Below are positions 39,830 through 56,369 of a stretch of 64,000 bases of DNA, piece after piece (positions within the stretch are counted from its first letter, which is position 1; each line of letters opens with the position of its first letter). Made by a program: the position numbers and the translations under genes. Source of the stretch: Vicugna vicugna. Its lineage: Eukaryota. The notes under the pieces are model-generated. The model was given only the letters and a program-made list of their open reading frames with translations. It ran no database searches and had not been told where the DNA came from. The stretch covers positions 2,507,111 through 2,571,110 of the forward strand of contig MU058824.1 in the NCBI GenBank assembly GCA_013265495.1, written 5' to 3'.

Positions 39830-41169
39830 CCTGGAAAGGATCTGTAGCATCTCTACTAAACAAGCATCTGGGCATGACTAACTCAAGATCATTTTAAGGT
39901 AATGTATCAGCTGGAGGTCTTGTGAGTGATCCACAAAGACAATGTTGAGTTCAGGTTTATCTAAGTGTGACTTCAGGTTTCAAAGCCACATAAGGGCTGG
40001 CCTGTAGTTATGGATCCTCGTTGGAGTTTTTCTTCTTCTTTACCCAGAACCATGGCTTGTAATGAGACAAATTTCCTTCTAGTCACTGGCGGAGGGGGTT
40101 CATGTCTGTCTCATTCCCCTTACACTGCAGATGGGGCCCCGTGGAGTCTGTTTCAGGTGGCTGCGCCCTTTCAGACTGCCCACCTTGGGTGGTCTGGGGC
40201 TCGGTCTCTGTTCCTAGTGCCCTGAAACCATGAAGACAGAGGCTCAAGTGCTCCAGGGAGTCAGCAAAGCCCTTAGGGCGAGAGCCAGAGCTACTGCTCA
40301 GTTCACCCCTCTGAGTCCCTATTCTCACTTCACCTTTGCAGCTGGCTCATCCACGCATTTAAGAGAGCTCATCACAGAAAAGCTATATGCAGCGATTTTA
40401 CACGTTTTCAGTGGGAATACTGGGCTCCCAATCTGAGGGAAACGGAAGTCTCCATTTAATGTGAACTGCCAGCCTTCCAGAGAGGGACAAAATCCTCAGT
40501 ATTTCCCAAGCCCATCTGACCGTGGAGCCCTTCTTTTGAGGAAGATCACGCAGGATGGGGTCCCACAGAGTTCACCTGGGGAGATTCTGAGCTAGAGAAA
40601 TGAAATGCGGTCTACAGCTTCAGTTCCAGTCGTTCTCCAACGACAGTATTGAGAGCCACTGCCGCTGATGCTCCCTGGACGTGGCACGTCTGGGAGGGGC
40701 TGACCCCCCAAAAAAGCCTTGCATGGTGGCTGTTGTCATTGTCTCCAGTTTACAGGCAGGGAGGTTAAGGCTCACAGAGATGACGTGACGGTCAAGGCTA
40801 CACGGCTGGGAGATGGCAGTGCCAGGTCTTGACACCAGGTCTGGGTCCCCTAATCCTCTCCCTCTCTACCCCTGCTGCGCCTCAGCCAGCACAGAGGCCC
40901 GTGATGGGCCCTCAGGTTCCCTGCCTTACAAGCAGGAATAATTAGGGCTTACGACTGCATAAAACGCACGTAGACACAGAGAAATGGGGGCCCATGTGTG
41001 TGTCTCCACAGCTCCTTTTCTGTCCTGATAATAAACAAAATGGTAAGGTGTGTTCTACCTGCCTGCTTTCGTGTCCCTCCTCTCCAAGAGGCTGTGTCTA
41101 CCAAGCTCATCACAGCCCAGCAAGGCCAGCATACAGTAGGCACCGTGGAAGGAGACTTCAGTGATGGAA

Positions 41170-41675
41170 CACAGAGGCACCACATGACCCAGCAATTCCA
41201 CTCCCAGTTATTCACCCAAGAGAGATGAAAACAGACATCCACACGCAACACGTAATGAATGCTTGCGGCAGCAGCATTCATATCGGCCCACATGTCCGTC
41301 ACTGAGCGAATGAACAGACTACTGTATATGTATACTATGGAATATGATTCAGCCACAAAAAGGGGTGAAGTCCTGACACCTGATACAAAGTGACTGAACC
41401 TTGAACACATGCAAAGTGAAAGAAGCCAGCCACAAAAGACCACATACTGCATGATTCCATTCATATGAAAGCCCTGATAGGAAAATCTATAGAGACAGAA
41501 AGTAGATTAGTGGTTGCTTCAGGTTGGGGAAGTGATGGAGGGACAGGGGGTTCCAAAATTCACAGTGGTGATGGCTGTACAACTCTGTGACTATGTTAAA
41601 ATCTCCCAAATTGTACATTTTACATGAGCAAATTACATGGTAAGTGAATCTCTCAATAAAGCAGTAAAAAAATAC
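41170..41675 (+). mobile_element. L1MB-like 3' end
   Basis: atgacccagcaattccactcc...aagaagccagccacaaaagaccacatactgcatgattccatt...ctcaataaagcagtaaaaaaa. Confidence 0.8.
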
Positions 41676-41799
41676 CTATGCAATGAGTGAAATATTTTTG
41701 ATAATGCAAATTACCACATTTCTCAAGAAAAGGGAACTTTTAGGGGGGCATTGCTGTTTCTCTCCAGTTAAATCTGATCGAGATTTTTACCTAGTTCTA

Positions 41800-42096
<297 letters not shown>

Positions 42097-42780
42097 CTAC
42101 TGCTGTCCCCTGTGCCAGGATGCTCCTCCTCCCTGTCTGTCTGTCCTTGTCACCACTGCCAGTCTCCCAGGGCTATGGGAGCCAGGAGCGAGGAATGGCA
42201 ACATTCTATGGATCCTTCAAGACCCAAATGGAATCTCACTTTAACAACCAGGCTGAGAGGTTTCTGTGAAGCGCCAAGCAGAGCAGGAGGCTGTGGGCCA
42301 CAACTACAGATGACCCAGAGCTCTGTTCTGAAGACTCCCAGCCTGGTGGAAGGTAGAGCAGAAAGCACACAGACAGCCCTGTCGTGGTATGCTGGGCCAG
42401 GGCACTGGGCAGCTCCCACTGCAGGTCTCCTGGCCCCACCCAGCACTCTGTGGTGCCACAGGGTCTATGGCCCTCCGCTGGAAGCTGGCCTCTCAGGGAC
42501 AGGGAACGGGGCCTGTTCCTCTTGGCACACCACTATCTGCCACACGGTTAGCACCCGAGAAATATTTGGTGGCTGCATAAATGGATAGATGAATGAAAGA
42601 GTTTTAATTCCTAGGATGAAAAACACCACACGGTGAGAGAGGCTGGGAAGTTGTGGGCATGGGGACTGGAATACCCTTTGCTCAGTTTCACCCACAGGGC
42701 CACTCTCAGCAGAAGACAAGAGGCAGAGGCAACTGGGCACGTGTGGCCTGCGGCTGGCAGAGGGCAGGGAGAGCCCTCAC

Positions 42781-42847
42781 CTCCACGACGTTCAGCAGGT
42801 GCTCGTTGCTCTCCCAGAGGAGGCTCAGGATGATGCCTTTAAAATCC
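42781..42847 (-). CDS. CCDC180: CCDC180 exon
   Basis: DFKGIILSLLWESNEHLLNVVE; gttgcag|G ... GAG|gtgagg; 67 nt. Confidence 0.9.
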
Positions 42848-44277
42848 CTGCAACACACGCAAGACAGATCCCTGGGAGTCCTTTCTAATCACACCCAATG
42901 GTGTGGACAAAACAAATGGACAGAAAATTCTGAGAACTCAGCAGCTCAGCCTGAGCTGGAGCAGGACAGCTCGTGAGGCCAAAGCATAGTCCCACCTAAT
43001 ATTTCTACCTGTCTAGTTTAATGCCACTTGTATGTGACAAGCTGAGTTTGGTCCCTTCCAAGCATCGTTATCCTTATTACCCCCTTGTAATTACTCACTT
43101 CTGCCCCATTGCTTACACTGATTCCTCTCCAAGAATGCTAGAAACTTTCTGCTTGGTCACATTTGTTCCTGCTCTTCCTCTTGGCTCACTGGCAATTCCT
43201 ACTGACTCGTTCCAATACTCTGAGTGGCTCTCAGCTTTGTCGCTCTCCCCACAGCTGTGAGGACTTGGGATGGATTTGTGTGACTGCCCGATTAACTTCC
43301 ACCTCTCCCAGCAGACGGTAAAGTCCACCAGGACAAAAACTCTGTGTGTCTGTTTTGTTTAGTGCAAAAAGTCACTCTGAAAAGGTCATATACTGTATGA
43401 GAACATTTATAGGATATGCCTAAAGTGACGAAAGTGTAGGGATGGAAAAGAGATTAGCGGTTGCTCAGGGTTAGGGATGGTGAGGGAGTGGGGGTGGGTG
43501 GGGCTATAAAGGAGTAAAAGGGGGAGATACTGGTGATGGACCAGTTCTGCTTGTTGATTTGGTGATGGCTGCATGGATATAAACAGGTGATAACATGACA
43601 GAACTATACAAAATTGTGAGAGTCAAGGTTTTAATGCAATGTCTTTTTGTGCGTAGGACAAGGAGGTGTCTAGCTGCTGACTTGGATGAGACTTCTGGGT
43701 CACTGGATGTAAAAGCCGCCCTTCTTTGTATAGTTCACAAAATCCCAGAGATAGGACTGTGGGGTAAAATGACTGACGAGTCGATGCTGTGAGGCTGGGC
43801 TCCCTGAGGAAGGGGTGAGGGGACTCTGTTAATAAAACTAACTTCCTCTGAGTGCTTTCAATTTTCTGAAGTGGAAATTTTGCTTGTTTGCTTGAAATGT
43901 AGCCATGTTAAGTGCAACAGATTTTGTTTTAATCAATGAAATTCAAATAAAGGAAGAGAGAAATGGGGAAGGGGGAAGCATTAAAAAATTGCAAAAATCA
44001 CAAAAAACCCCAGCTCCCACCCAAGGTATGCTGCCCTGTGACCACAAAATACTTGGCTTAGAAAATGTGAATTTGGGGTAAAAATATCAATCAAAAAATG
44101 TATGTGAAATAGGCTCAAACTGACCTTGACCCTTATCCGTCCCCTTGCCAGCCTCTCCTGCTGTGCCCCCCACTTCTTATTTTGCCCTCAGGTGAGTTAG
44201 GAGAACCCTGCCAAAGCTGCCCCCTGACAAAGATGACAGATTAAAGTGGAGTTAAAGGAAATGGCATTGTCACTTAC

Positions 44278-44355
44278 TCAGCCGGAGGAGGTGGCTTGTC
44301 CCCGAGCACCTGGTACTTTCTGTCCAGTCGGTTGGGCTTGGAGTACCGTGAGACG
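44278..44355 (-). CDS. CCDC180: CCDC180 exon
   Basis: VSRYSKPNRLDRKYQVLGDKPPPPA(E); tttgtcccacag|C ... GA|gtaagt; 78 nt. Confidence 0.9.
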   Translation of the reverse strand, partial: RLTVLQAQPTGQKVPGARGQATSSG

Positions 44356-44602
44356 CTGTGGGACAAAGGTGGGTCAGTGCTCTGGAGGCTACGAACAAAC
44401 ACAGGCAGACCTGAGCCTGCGGGAGCCCCGTCCTACTCCTCAACAGCTCTTGAGACAACCTTGTCGTGGGGATGAAGCCCTAACCACTAAAATCCACACA
44501 AGGCCATCAGAGGGGCCAAGGGACAGAGGTGCTTGGGCCCAGAAATGTGTATCCTTGCTTCCCTCTGGTGAGGACTCAAAGAAAAACAGGTTGAGCCACA
44601 TG

Positions 44603-44782
44603 GAGGGCTGTCAACTTTTCAAATAAAAATACAAGTTAAACTTGAATTTCATGTAAGCAATGGGTAATTTTTAGCATTATGGCCCATGCAGTATTTGGGA
44701 CATACTTATGTTTAAAAATATGTGTTGTTCATCTGAAATTCAAATCTAACTAGGCATCCTGAATTCTTTATCGGCAGCCCTA
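44603..44782. mobile_element. MER53-like palindromic MITE
   Basis: agggctgtc...caaataaaaatac...ttgaatttca...tttgggacatactta...tgaaattcaaa...ggcagcccta; internally palindromic. Confidence 0.75.
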
Positions 44783-44808
44783 GCAACGTGGACTTCATAG
44801 ATAACCAC

Positions 44809-45352
44809 TGAGAGACTGAATATACAAATGGGCAATGGCTGGGCCATATATGAATAGAGAACTCAGGCCCATAACCTGCAACAACCTGCCCAGGAAACCA
44901 ACTACTTAGCTACAACGAACAACTCAGGAAACCAACCCACTGGAAGTCAGACTTGCAGGAGGACAGACTGTCATCTCTAGTGACCATCAGGAAGATAAAC
45001 AAAACCTCCCGTAACAATCAACCCTAAATGGCCAGGACTTGATTAGTAACTGACCACTACCCTAAATTTTGTCCCTGTTTCCAACAGAGAAAGCCAAATT
45101 GCACCCCTAACCAATTACATAGGACAGTGGCTGCTGGCTGGCCTGACTCCAGCTTCCTCAGGCCAGCAGCCTCCAATCAGGCACATCTGAAGCCTTCCCT
45201 TTGCTCCACTATATACTGCTTCCATTCCCTTGCCTGCCTTTGAGTCTCTGTTAAAATGCAAGTGGGAGTGAGTGGTGGATTCCCTGGCGGTAGTAAGTTC
45301 TAAATAAATAGATTTTGCTTCTCTCATTGGTTAGTCTTTGTTTATTTCCACA
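44809..45352 (+). mobile_element. ERV solo LTR (MER89/MER90-like)
   Basis: TG...CA termini, 544 bp, CCAAT boxes, TATA-like ctatatac near 45210, AATAAA at 45303-45308. Family assignment from memory only. Confidence 0.7.
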
Positions 45353-45991
45353 TTGCAGATGGCATGCCTGTTCAAAAAGGCTTTCTGGATGTATGCAAAG
45401 AAGGAATTTCTTCACTGCCACTTCCTCACAACCAAGAATTCAACCAGGTCAACGAGGGCTCACAGCAGATCCAAAAAGTCAGCTCAGCCACGTGGCTTCT
45501 GTTATCCACCTTCTATAAAATTGGTGCCAGGGGCCAGCCAGGGCTCATACTCACTGAGGCATGAGTCTAATGACTCCCATGGGGCATAATAGGTGGAGCA
45601 TATGACCAGGATGCAGAGGCCCAGGACTCCTGATGCTCCATCATCCAAGGGAAGCCATCTCCAACGTCACTCTCTCTGACCAGGACAATGTGTGTGGGGA
45701 GCGAGGTAGCAGGGCTCAGACCCACCAACTGGCACCATGGAAAACCACTGAGCTCCCAGAGAGGTTCTCAGGGTGGAACACACTTATGTCCGTGTGAGCC
45801 GAGTCGCTCAGCAAGAATGAGCACAGGCCTGTCTAAAGCTGGTGTCAGAGCTGGCCCCTCACGGGGTCCCCTGGAGTCTCAGAGCTGTGAGCACAGGAGG
45901 TGTGCTCTGAGGACACAGTCTGGTAAAGGGTGGCCTCTGGCCTCTGTTAGGGGAACAGGTCTGGCCTGTGCACGCAGCCCAGCATCTCTAC

Positions 45992-46070
45992 CTTGCTGCT
46001 GACACAGCACTGGCGATGGACACGTCCTTCTTCACGGAGCATTCTCCCCAGTTCCGGTGTCTCCTCAAGG
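45992..46070 (-). CDS. CCDC180: CCDC180 exon
   Basis: (A)LRRHRNWGECSVKKDVSIASAVSAA(S); cccaaag|CC ... AG|gtagag; 79 nt, phase 1 to 2. Confidence 0.78.
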
Positions 46071-46173
46071 CTTTGGGTGATGAGCACCCAGAACAAGAAC
46101 AGAGGATCCAAGGTAAGGACAGGCCCAGTGGCACCACCAGCTTACCCACCGCCACTGCCCTGCCTGCCCCTAC

Positions 46174-46229
46174 CTGTCTGGGACCGATCTTTGTCACAAT
46201 GCTGGGTTAAACATCTTGAGTCAGGAAAT
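46174..46229 (-). CDS. CCDC180: CCDC180 exon
   Basis: FPDSRCLTQHCDKDRSQT; cctttggtttcag|A ... G|gtaggg; 56 nt, phase 2 to 1. Confidence 0.8.
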
Positions 46230-46476
46230 CTGAAACCAAAGGAAAGGATGTAAGCTTTTCCCCAGTGACCATGAGGACAGCTCAGGCCAGGCACTGGGCA
46301 CCATCCCTATTGGCCCAGAATGCCATGTGCCTCTGCCCTTCAGGAGCCCAGTTTCAGAGAAGGAAGCTGAGGCTCTGGAGGAAAAGACCCTGCATGAGGT
46401 CACAGCTGTCGGGGTGGCCCACGTGGGAGCTGGCCCCGAAGGCTCAGGGGCCCCCTGCACACCCCAGGGCCACTCA

Positions 46477-46824
<348 letters not shown>

Positions 46825-48230
46825 TTAGAGGGCTTCCTTTCTTTCATGCAAGCATGCATGCATTCATTCATTCATTTATGCATGTGCCAGCCTTCAGAAA
46901 TGTTTCCTGAGTGACTGCTTTCTGCAAGGCTCTGCCTGGATCTGGGACACAGGGTGAAGAGGCCACCTGTGACCCTTACCTGCATGGAGCTTACAGTCTA
47001 GTAAGAGAGACAGACATTTAATATGGACTTCTGCAAACAGTCAACACTGGGACCAGTGCTGTGAAGACGTTCCAGCGTCTTCTATGAGGCTGAGGGACAT
47101 GGACCTGTAAGGCTGCCTGCAGATGTGCACAGGCAGGGTTTCTGACCGGTGGACAGGGGAACGAGTGAGTGCATGGATGAGCGCGTGGCCACCTCCACCT
47201 GGACCTTAGAGAAAGGGTCTGAGGGGTGGCCCACAGCTCAGTTGAACTGTTCCCTATTTTATTCTGAGTCTTGGCTTAGTGGGGGACTGTAAGCCCCACA
47301 GGGGAAGGACTCCAGCTGGACTCCTGAGTTCCGTCCTGTCAGGCGCAGTACTGACGGTGTGAATGAAAGCTTCGAGTCAGTGGCATGGCGGGAAGCGCCT
47401 CCCAATAGAAGGAAGGGCTGGTTCAAACCATGGAAGTAAGAGGCAGGGCCTGAGGGCGGCCAAAGCAGAGCTCGAGGGGTGCCCACTTCTGCTGCCATTG
47501 GCTCAATGACACGTCCTCCTGGAAGTGGGCTGAGCACCTGTGATAGTGAGAGAGGCTGGGTGTGCAGTGACAGGCTCTGCCCTCTGGGGAACACAGTCTA
47601 GGGAGGCAGCTCTCAAAATGGAAACCTTACAGCACAGCCTGTGGGCTCATGGGGAAGTGGGACATGCTACGGGGTCCCAGAGACCCTGGCCCAGACCAGG
47701 AGTTGAGAGAAGATCTGGGGGAAGTGACCTCTTAGGGGGGCCAGAGAAATGAAGAGGCTACAGAGGGCAGACCAAGGAGGCGGCTGTGTAGGTCCAGTTA
47801 AAGGGGCTGGATTTATCCTGAGGGCAGCAGAGTGATATGGGCAGACTGGCTGCAGCTCAGGGATGCGGTCATGGGGAGAAGTGAGAGGATGAGCACAGCC
47901 ACGTGGGCAAGAGACAGGGGACTTGGACGAGGCCAAGGGAGGGGTAGGGGGAAGCAGTGGCTGCTCACAGGTGCGGGTGGGAAGGAAGAGGCTGAGAAGT
48001 GAGGCCACCCTGAGAGCAGCTGGACGAGGTGAGCCGAGGGTCCTAATGGGATGAGGAGGCACTGCCGGGAGATGAGGGGTCTTCCAGTGCAGGGAAGTGG
48101 TCCATCTGGGATGCAAACCCAGATCTGACTTCACAGGCATCTCAGTGGGCCTGATGTCCAGCAGGGGCCTGGGAGGCCTTTCCTTAGGCTCTGCTGGTCT
48201 TTCCTGTGGGTCTCTGGGAGCCTGGACCTA

Positions 48231-48395
<165 letters not shown>

Positions 48396-50390
48396 CTAGT
48401 GAGAACACAGAGGGGAAAAGCCAAAAGAAGCAGGCTGCGGGATGGCAGGCTGACTCTGTCTGAACCACAGGAACAGGCTGGCTGGTGAGGACACCTCTTG
48501 GTTCCATGGCGGCCCTTCACTTGGAGGGAGGGCCCTGGGGGAGTGGGGAGCCCTGGGCCAGCTCTCTTGGGCGGCTGCACTGGGGCAGCGGCTCCTGCAC
48601 TGATGGGGCAACAGGAGTTCTATTCCTCGTTCTGTGGGTTAGTTCTGGGAAAATGATCTAAATTTGCTTAACTTAGTCTGCACATCTGTGTGAGGGGGCA
48701 CAGAATGTTCTCAGGGATCTCTTCCAGCTCTAATACTCTGCATATAGAAGGAAAGGTGTGGCCCAAGGTGGCGAGGGTATGTAGGAGTGAAATGGCCACA
48801 GTCTTTCTGGACGGTGATCTGCCATCTCCATAACAACATGTATCAAACACATGACCTCTCAGAGCAGTGATCCCCCAGACCATACCCCACAGGGGTCAGG
48901 GAAGCTCCATGAGGGCATTCACTTTCACCACACAGCTTGCATATCACTCAGCGGTCCTCGCACATTGTTCCCTGAATGGCTCACTGACCTAGTGGGTGAC
49001 CTAGGCCAGGTGGCGCCTTGGCCTCTTCCCATTTCCTTCATTTCCAATGCACTCTGAGTCCCACCCAGCCCTGGGATTGGAACATGTTCCTGCTGGCACC
49101 TTGAATAGTGTCACTATTCAGTCTTGGCAACCTGCCTCATTCCTACCCGTCTCCCTGCTTTTTTGCACCCAGGAGCCAGAAAGATCTTCCTTAACGTGGC
49201 ACTGAGCACACGGCCCTGGTCGTACCTTTTCCTGGTCCCTACCACCTTCACTGTGCAACTGAGGCATCGCTTCCGTCTCCTGGTCACCACTCTGCAGAAG
49301 TGCCCAACCAGCGTCCTCCATCAACACAGGATGGCCCAGCTGTTCAAGTTCATGCTTCCCACCTTGTGCCTGGAATCTGTGCAAGCCCCCAGGACCATGC
49401 CTAACACCCTGACACATCAGGAGGGGAAGGGGCGGGCAGGAAGCAAGGAAATGTGGGAGAGCAAATGCTTCTGCTCTGAACAGACAGAGCTGTCCCTAAA
49501 GGGCCTGCTGAAGGGGTCACAACAGGTCAAGCTGGTTTCCCCCTGCTCCCCAGGGGATATGTAGAAACATCTGCATGAAAACACAGAGGTCGCACGGGCT
49601 CTGCCCCATGTGGGGAAGAGTATTCTCTACTCTGTGTTTTGTGGATGTTTGAACCTTTTTCAACAAGTACATGTAACTATGCAAGAAAAAGCAATAAAGA
49701 TAGAAAAAGCAATGTTAGCTCTCAGTGCTAACAACACAACCTCAACTTAGTCACTGAAGTAGAAAAGACAGAAACTCTGGCTGGAACGTGCAGTTCTCGA
49801 GTGCCTGGCTGAGCTGTGGAGAAAAGATTACTGGGGTGACCAGCAGGCAAGTGGCACAGGGGACAGAGACGTGCACCAGAGGCAGAAAAATAAGCAAGTC
49901 AACAACATGAACACCCACAGACCTGCTATGCAGATCAGGGCCTGGCAGGCACTTAGAACTTTGCTTCTCCCAGACTTTGCACCAATTTGGACATTTCATA
50001 GTTTATACATAGAAAACAGAAGTAACCAGTTTATGTGCAAAGGTCAAAACAGAGGAAAAAATCGAACAAAATGTAGTTGCTCAGAGGGTAGAGTCCTACT
50101 ACTGTTATTCAAACAGGGCTGTGTTCCAATAACACAGAGGGATGCCTGGTGACATCAGTGGGGAGTGAGGGCAGACTCAAGGCTCTCACTCACTGGCCTC
50201 CACATGTCTGCCTGGGAGGCCCTGGGGATTGGGGGCAATGGCTGGTTTCCCTTCTCTTCCTGAATTTCATTGAATAAAACAGGGGTTAAGTAGGAAGGCT
50301 CAGAGGATCCTCTGGTGCTGGAGAAATCTTGACCACTGATATAAGTTTATTTCCAGTTTATGATTCTAGCATGATGTATCTTTACTGTTA

Positions 50391-50516
<126 letters not shown>

Positions 50517-51523
50517 CTAGGAAAACCAGAGGTTCAGAGATTAGTTTCTAGAAAACTTACTTTGATCAAGAAAATGTTCAGCAAAACATTATCCGGGAGA
50601 CGGATTAAGCACTGAAAAAAATGAAATCGGGGGAAAACGTATAATCTTATTAGAAACCAGATCAATGCAAATTTAAAGGACTTCTGTATAAGTCATCAGG
50701 AAAGCACGAAAAGCCTTAAAACGTTCATGCTGTAACCCAGTAATTCTAGCTTTGGGAGATGCCCTATGGGTGTAACCAGAGCTTCCACTGCAAGCATCTC
50801 TATCACACCATTGTGTGAAACCCACCAAATGTTCCTCCAAAATGGAATGGTTAAGTAAAAAGGGCAACACACAGAGGAGAGGGAAGCCATCAAAATGATG
50901 TTTTTGAAGAAACTTTTAATGATTATACAGTTTAAACAAAAACTGTAATAAATAGCACCCTTCCCCAATCCCCGCTGCCCAGGCCCTCCCTTCAGCACCG
51001 GGAGCCCAGCTCACTTGGCTCTGCTGACCCAGTCACCTCTCCAGCCTCCCTGCTCCCCACTTTTTCTTGCTCGAGCTCTCTCTCCTCTGGGCTGCAGCCC
51101 CCGGGATTTTTTTCGTGATCTCTCTAGGACGCTGCTCCCCACTTCCCTGCCTGGCTGGCTCCTACTCCTCCCTCAAGCCTTGGGAAGCACCCCTTTCCCA
51201 GCCCAGGTGAAATCCTCCCCTCTCCATCCCCACGCCCCTCACAGGGCCCTCTTCCCCTCTGGAGCCCTGATGGCCTGGCAAGGTTAAGGCCCTCATTCTG
51301 GTGTCAGGCAGATCTGGTTCACATTTATTTTGGCTCCATCATTTAAGAACTCTGTGTTCTTGCCTCAGTCACTGAATGACTCTCTGCCTCAGTTTTTTTT
51401 TTAGTCTCTACAACGGGGATAAGAACAGTACTTGCCTCACACAGCTCTTGTGAGGACTCGTATAGCTAATCAAAATAATTCAGTTAGCAGGATGCACGGT
51501 GCATAATAACTCAGTGGATGTTA

Positions 51524-51871
<348 letters not shown>

Positions 51872-51874
51872 TTA

Positions 51875-52207
<333 letters not shown>

Positions 52208-52269
52208 TTAGATTAGAAGTACAAGACCGTGGAAAAACAAATGCAGGGAGTCGAAGGAAAGAAGCAGGG

Positions 52270-52975
<706 letters not shown>

Positions 52976-53895
52976 TTACCTGGGTGCGGACGGCAGGCAA
53001 TCTGGGAGGCCCGGCTGTGGGGCCACCAGAGCCACTGCCTGTCTCCTCCGGGTAGAAAAAGAGGCATCAGGAGGAAGCTTCCAATGCCAGCATGTGCAGG
53101 ACACCGTGTGGAACTCTCAGGGTGCTGATCAGAGGGTACCCCTCTCCTCTGGCTGGCCCCTGACACGAAATTGGTAAAAGAACCCCCAGGTCCCACTGGA
53201 TCTGCGTCCTCCTTCCAGCACACACTCTCTTTCTAACTCCTAGCAACGTGACTCCTATGCCCCATTCCTGGAAGAGTGCCTGCAAGTTTCCTTACACCCA
53301 AGTCCCTCCTAACGGGCTGCCTCTTGTATACCTGAGCACTGTACAGACACCCGGAAAGCTCCTCACATGAAAAGAGGCCTCCCTGGGCACACGAGAGCCT
53401 CCACCTCAAATCCCTGAAAAGCTTCCCTGGAACCTCTTGCTCTGCCCTGAGCACATCCCCACCTAAGGCTGGGCCAGTGCTTCTCCTCTGATGGGAGAAT
53501 TCTGCCCCCTCCCCATCTCCCCTCATCCCTTGTCCCAGGGCCTCTTTCTGGAAGCTCTTGCTGATTTCCCCTGATAGAAGTGATCTCTCCCACCATGAAC
53601 ACTTCAGGGCACATCGTTTGCACCCCTACATTCTGATTGCATGCACCCCTTTCTCTCTCTGGCTGCTTCCCCATCCCCAGCACCCAGGCCCTGGCCAGAT
53701 GCTTTGTACAGTTGGACCCTTACTCTTGTGAAGGGGTGAACTGAAAGGAGAACGTTGCTGGGTGCCTGGAACACCTGACTCTTCTTTTATCCCCGGGAGT
53801 GGGTGGGGATGGGTAGGGGGTCACTCCTTTGAGAACGGCTACCTGGCTGGGATTCTAGGGCCACGAGGCCAGGGTGGAGACTCCCAGGGCCCTTA

Positions 53896-54186
<291 letters not shown>

Positions 54187-55441
54187 TTATCCTGTCCCCG
54201 CTGCCCTCACCAGGGGTTGGCCTGGGAATGCACGCAGATCTCAGGGAGGCCATTCTGAGATGGCCCAGAGGTCTTTAACTGGGAGAGGAGGCTCTGGCCA
54301 CCTGTGAGCAGGGAGGTCCCTGCTGGTGGAGATGCCCTGCCTGCAGCAGAAGGGAACAAAGCCTGGGAGACAGAGAGCATCTCTCATCCCCGGAGCAGGT
54401 GGGATGGGTGGAGGGTGTTGGCAGGGCAGGGATCCGGCGAGAGGGTCTGGGAGGAAACAATCAGCACAAAGCTGGGCAGTCACGGTTTGTCCCTTTAAAT
54501 CTGTGGCTACTCATTTCCAGTGAACCTGAATTACAACGGACTTTGAAGGTGGAGTAAAAAGGATTTGGCTTCAAGAGGTCCATCATAGGCCTTTAGAGCT
54601 AGCAGAGAGCCCCAGATCATCTTACCTGACTCCCCTGCTGCCTGGGTCTCAGTTCTGCCAAAAATAAATTCTGAGGTTTTGCTTCTCTGGCCTCAGTTTT
54701 CACATCAGGAGCAAGGAAAGGGGAAGAAAACTGGCCTTCAGGAACATCTTTGTTTGTATTTCTATTTAATGCACACATTTTTCAGATGAGGACAATGAGG
54801 TTCCAAAAGTCAAGCAGGTCTCCCAAAGCCACAAGCATTGGGCCTCTGGACCGGTTATCTGAGTCCATGCTCTCTCACTGCTCCAGGCAATAGGAGGTTG
54901 GCCGGCATTGTGTGGGGTCTGTGAGCTCTCAGGGTCTATAATGAAGCTTGAAATGTGACTTGAGCCAAAACCTGACAAAGGGTCATTGAAGACACCAACT
55001 AAAAGTGTGTTCTCCCAAACTGTTGGAGGCCACTGCCTTAAAGAGAAATGGCAGAAATGTCTTTCAGTGTTAAAAATTATAAGCTGAAAATAATGGCTAC
55101 CACTTTTGGAGACTCTGGTTTGTACCAGAGGCATGTGATTCCTCACTGTACAACATGCCCTACAGGTTAAGAAGGGATCAGAGAGGTCAGGTAACCTGCC
55201 CAGAGTCACACAGCTAGAGAGGTTGAATCTGCTAGCTCTAATTCCTGAACTACAGGCTTGCCGCTAGAGTATAAGCCATGCAGGTGTATGTCTGACAAGT
55301 ATGTGAGCAGATCTGGGATCCACAAAGTTAAAACAGGACAATTACTCCTCATTTCCTCATCTAACACCTTCTTTAATAAAAAAAGAAATCATAAGTGAGG
55401 ATTCTGAATACCATCTTCCAACGTGTGATGACAACATGCTA

Positions 55442-55729
<288 letters not shown>

Positions 55730-56369
55730 TCATGGAGAGACCTTTCCATACTGATACATAAAGTGCTTCCATTTTCCACTCCTTCTTTCTTATTTTATTC
55801 CCCACTACATTGGACTATCATTCATTTAACCAGACACCCTGCTGGGGGATACTGGGTGGTTTCCAATGGTTTGTTCTTACAAAGAAGGCTGCAATGAATA
55901 ACCCTGTACATACGTCAAGCGTAGCATAATTTCTATGGATAAATTCCCTGAGAGGGAATTGTTGAATCAAAGCCTAAAATACATTTGCGAATCTGGTAGA
56001 TACGGCCAAACTGCTTCTGTCACAAGGCAACCTGAACTCCCATCAACAATAAATAATAGTTCCTTTTTCTCTGTAGCATCAGAATGTACTGTCAAACTCT
56101 TGAATTTCATAATTTTGTCATATTATGACTGAAACTGAGCACATTTTCATGTGCTTAAGGCAATTAAATTTCTTTTTCTGTGTACTACCCATTAATATCT
56201 TTTGCCCATTAATCTAGTGTGCAGCTCTTTTTTTCCTTATTACTTTCTAGGTGCTCCTTATACATATTTACATATTGAGAACATGAAGTCCTTTGACTGA
56301 GATGTGAGTTGCAAATATTCTTCCCAGTTTATTATTTTGTCCTGTTAAAAATGTACAGTGATTTTCCTG

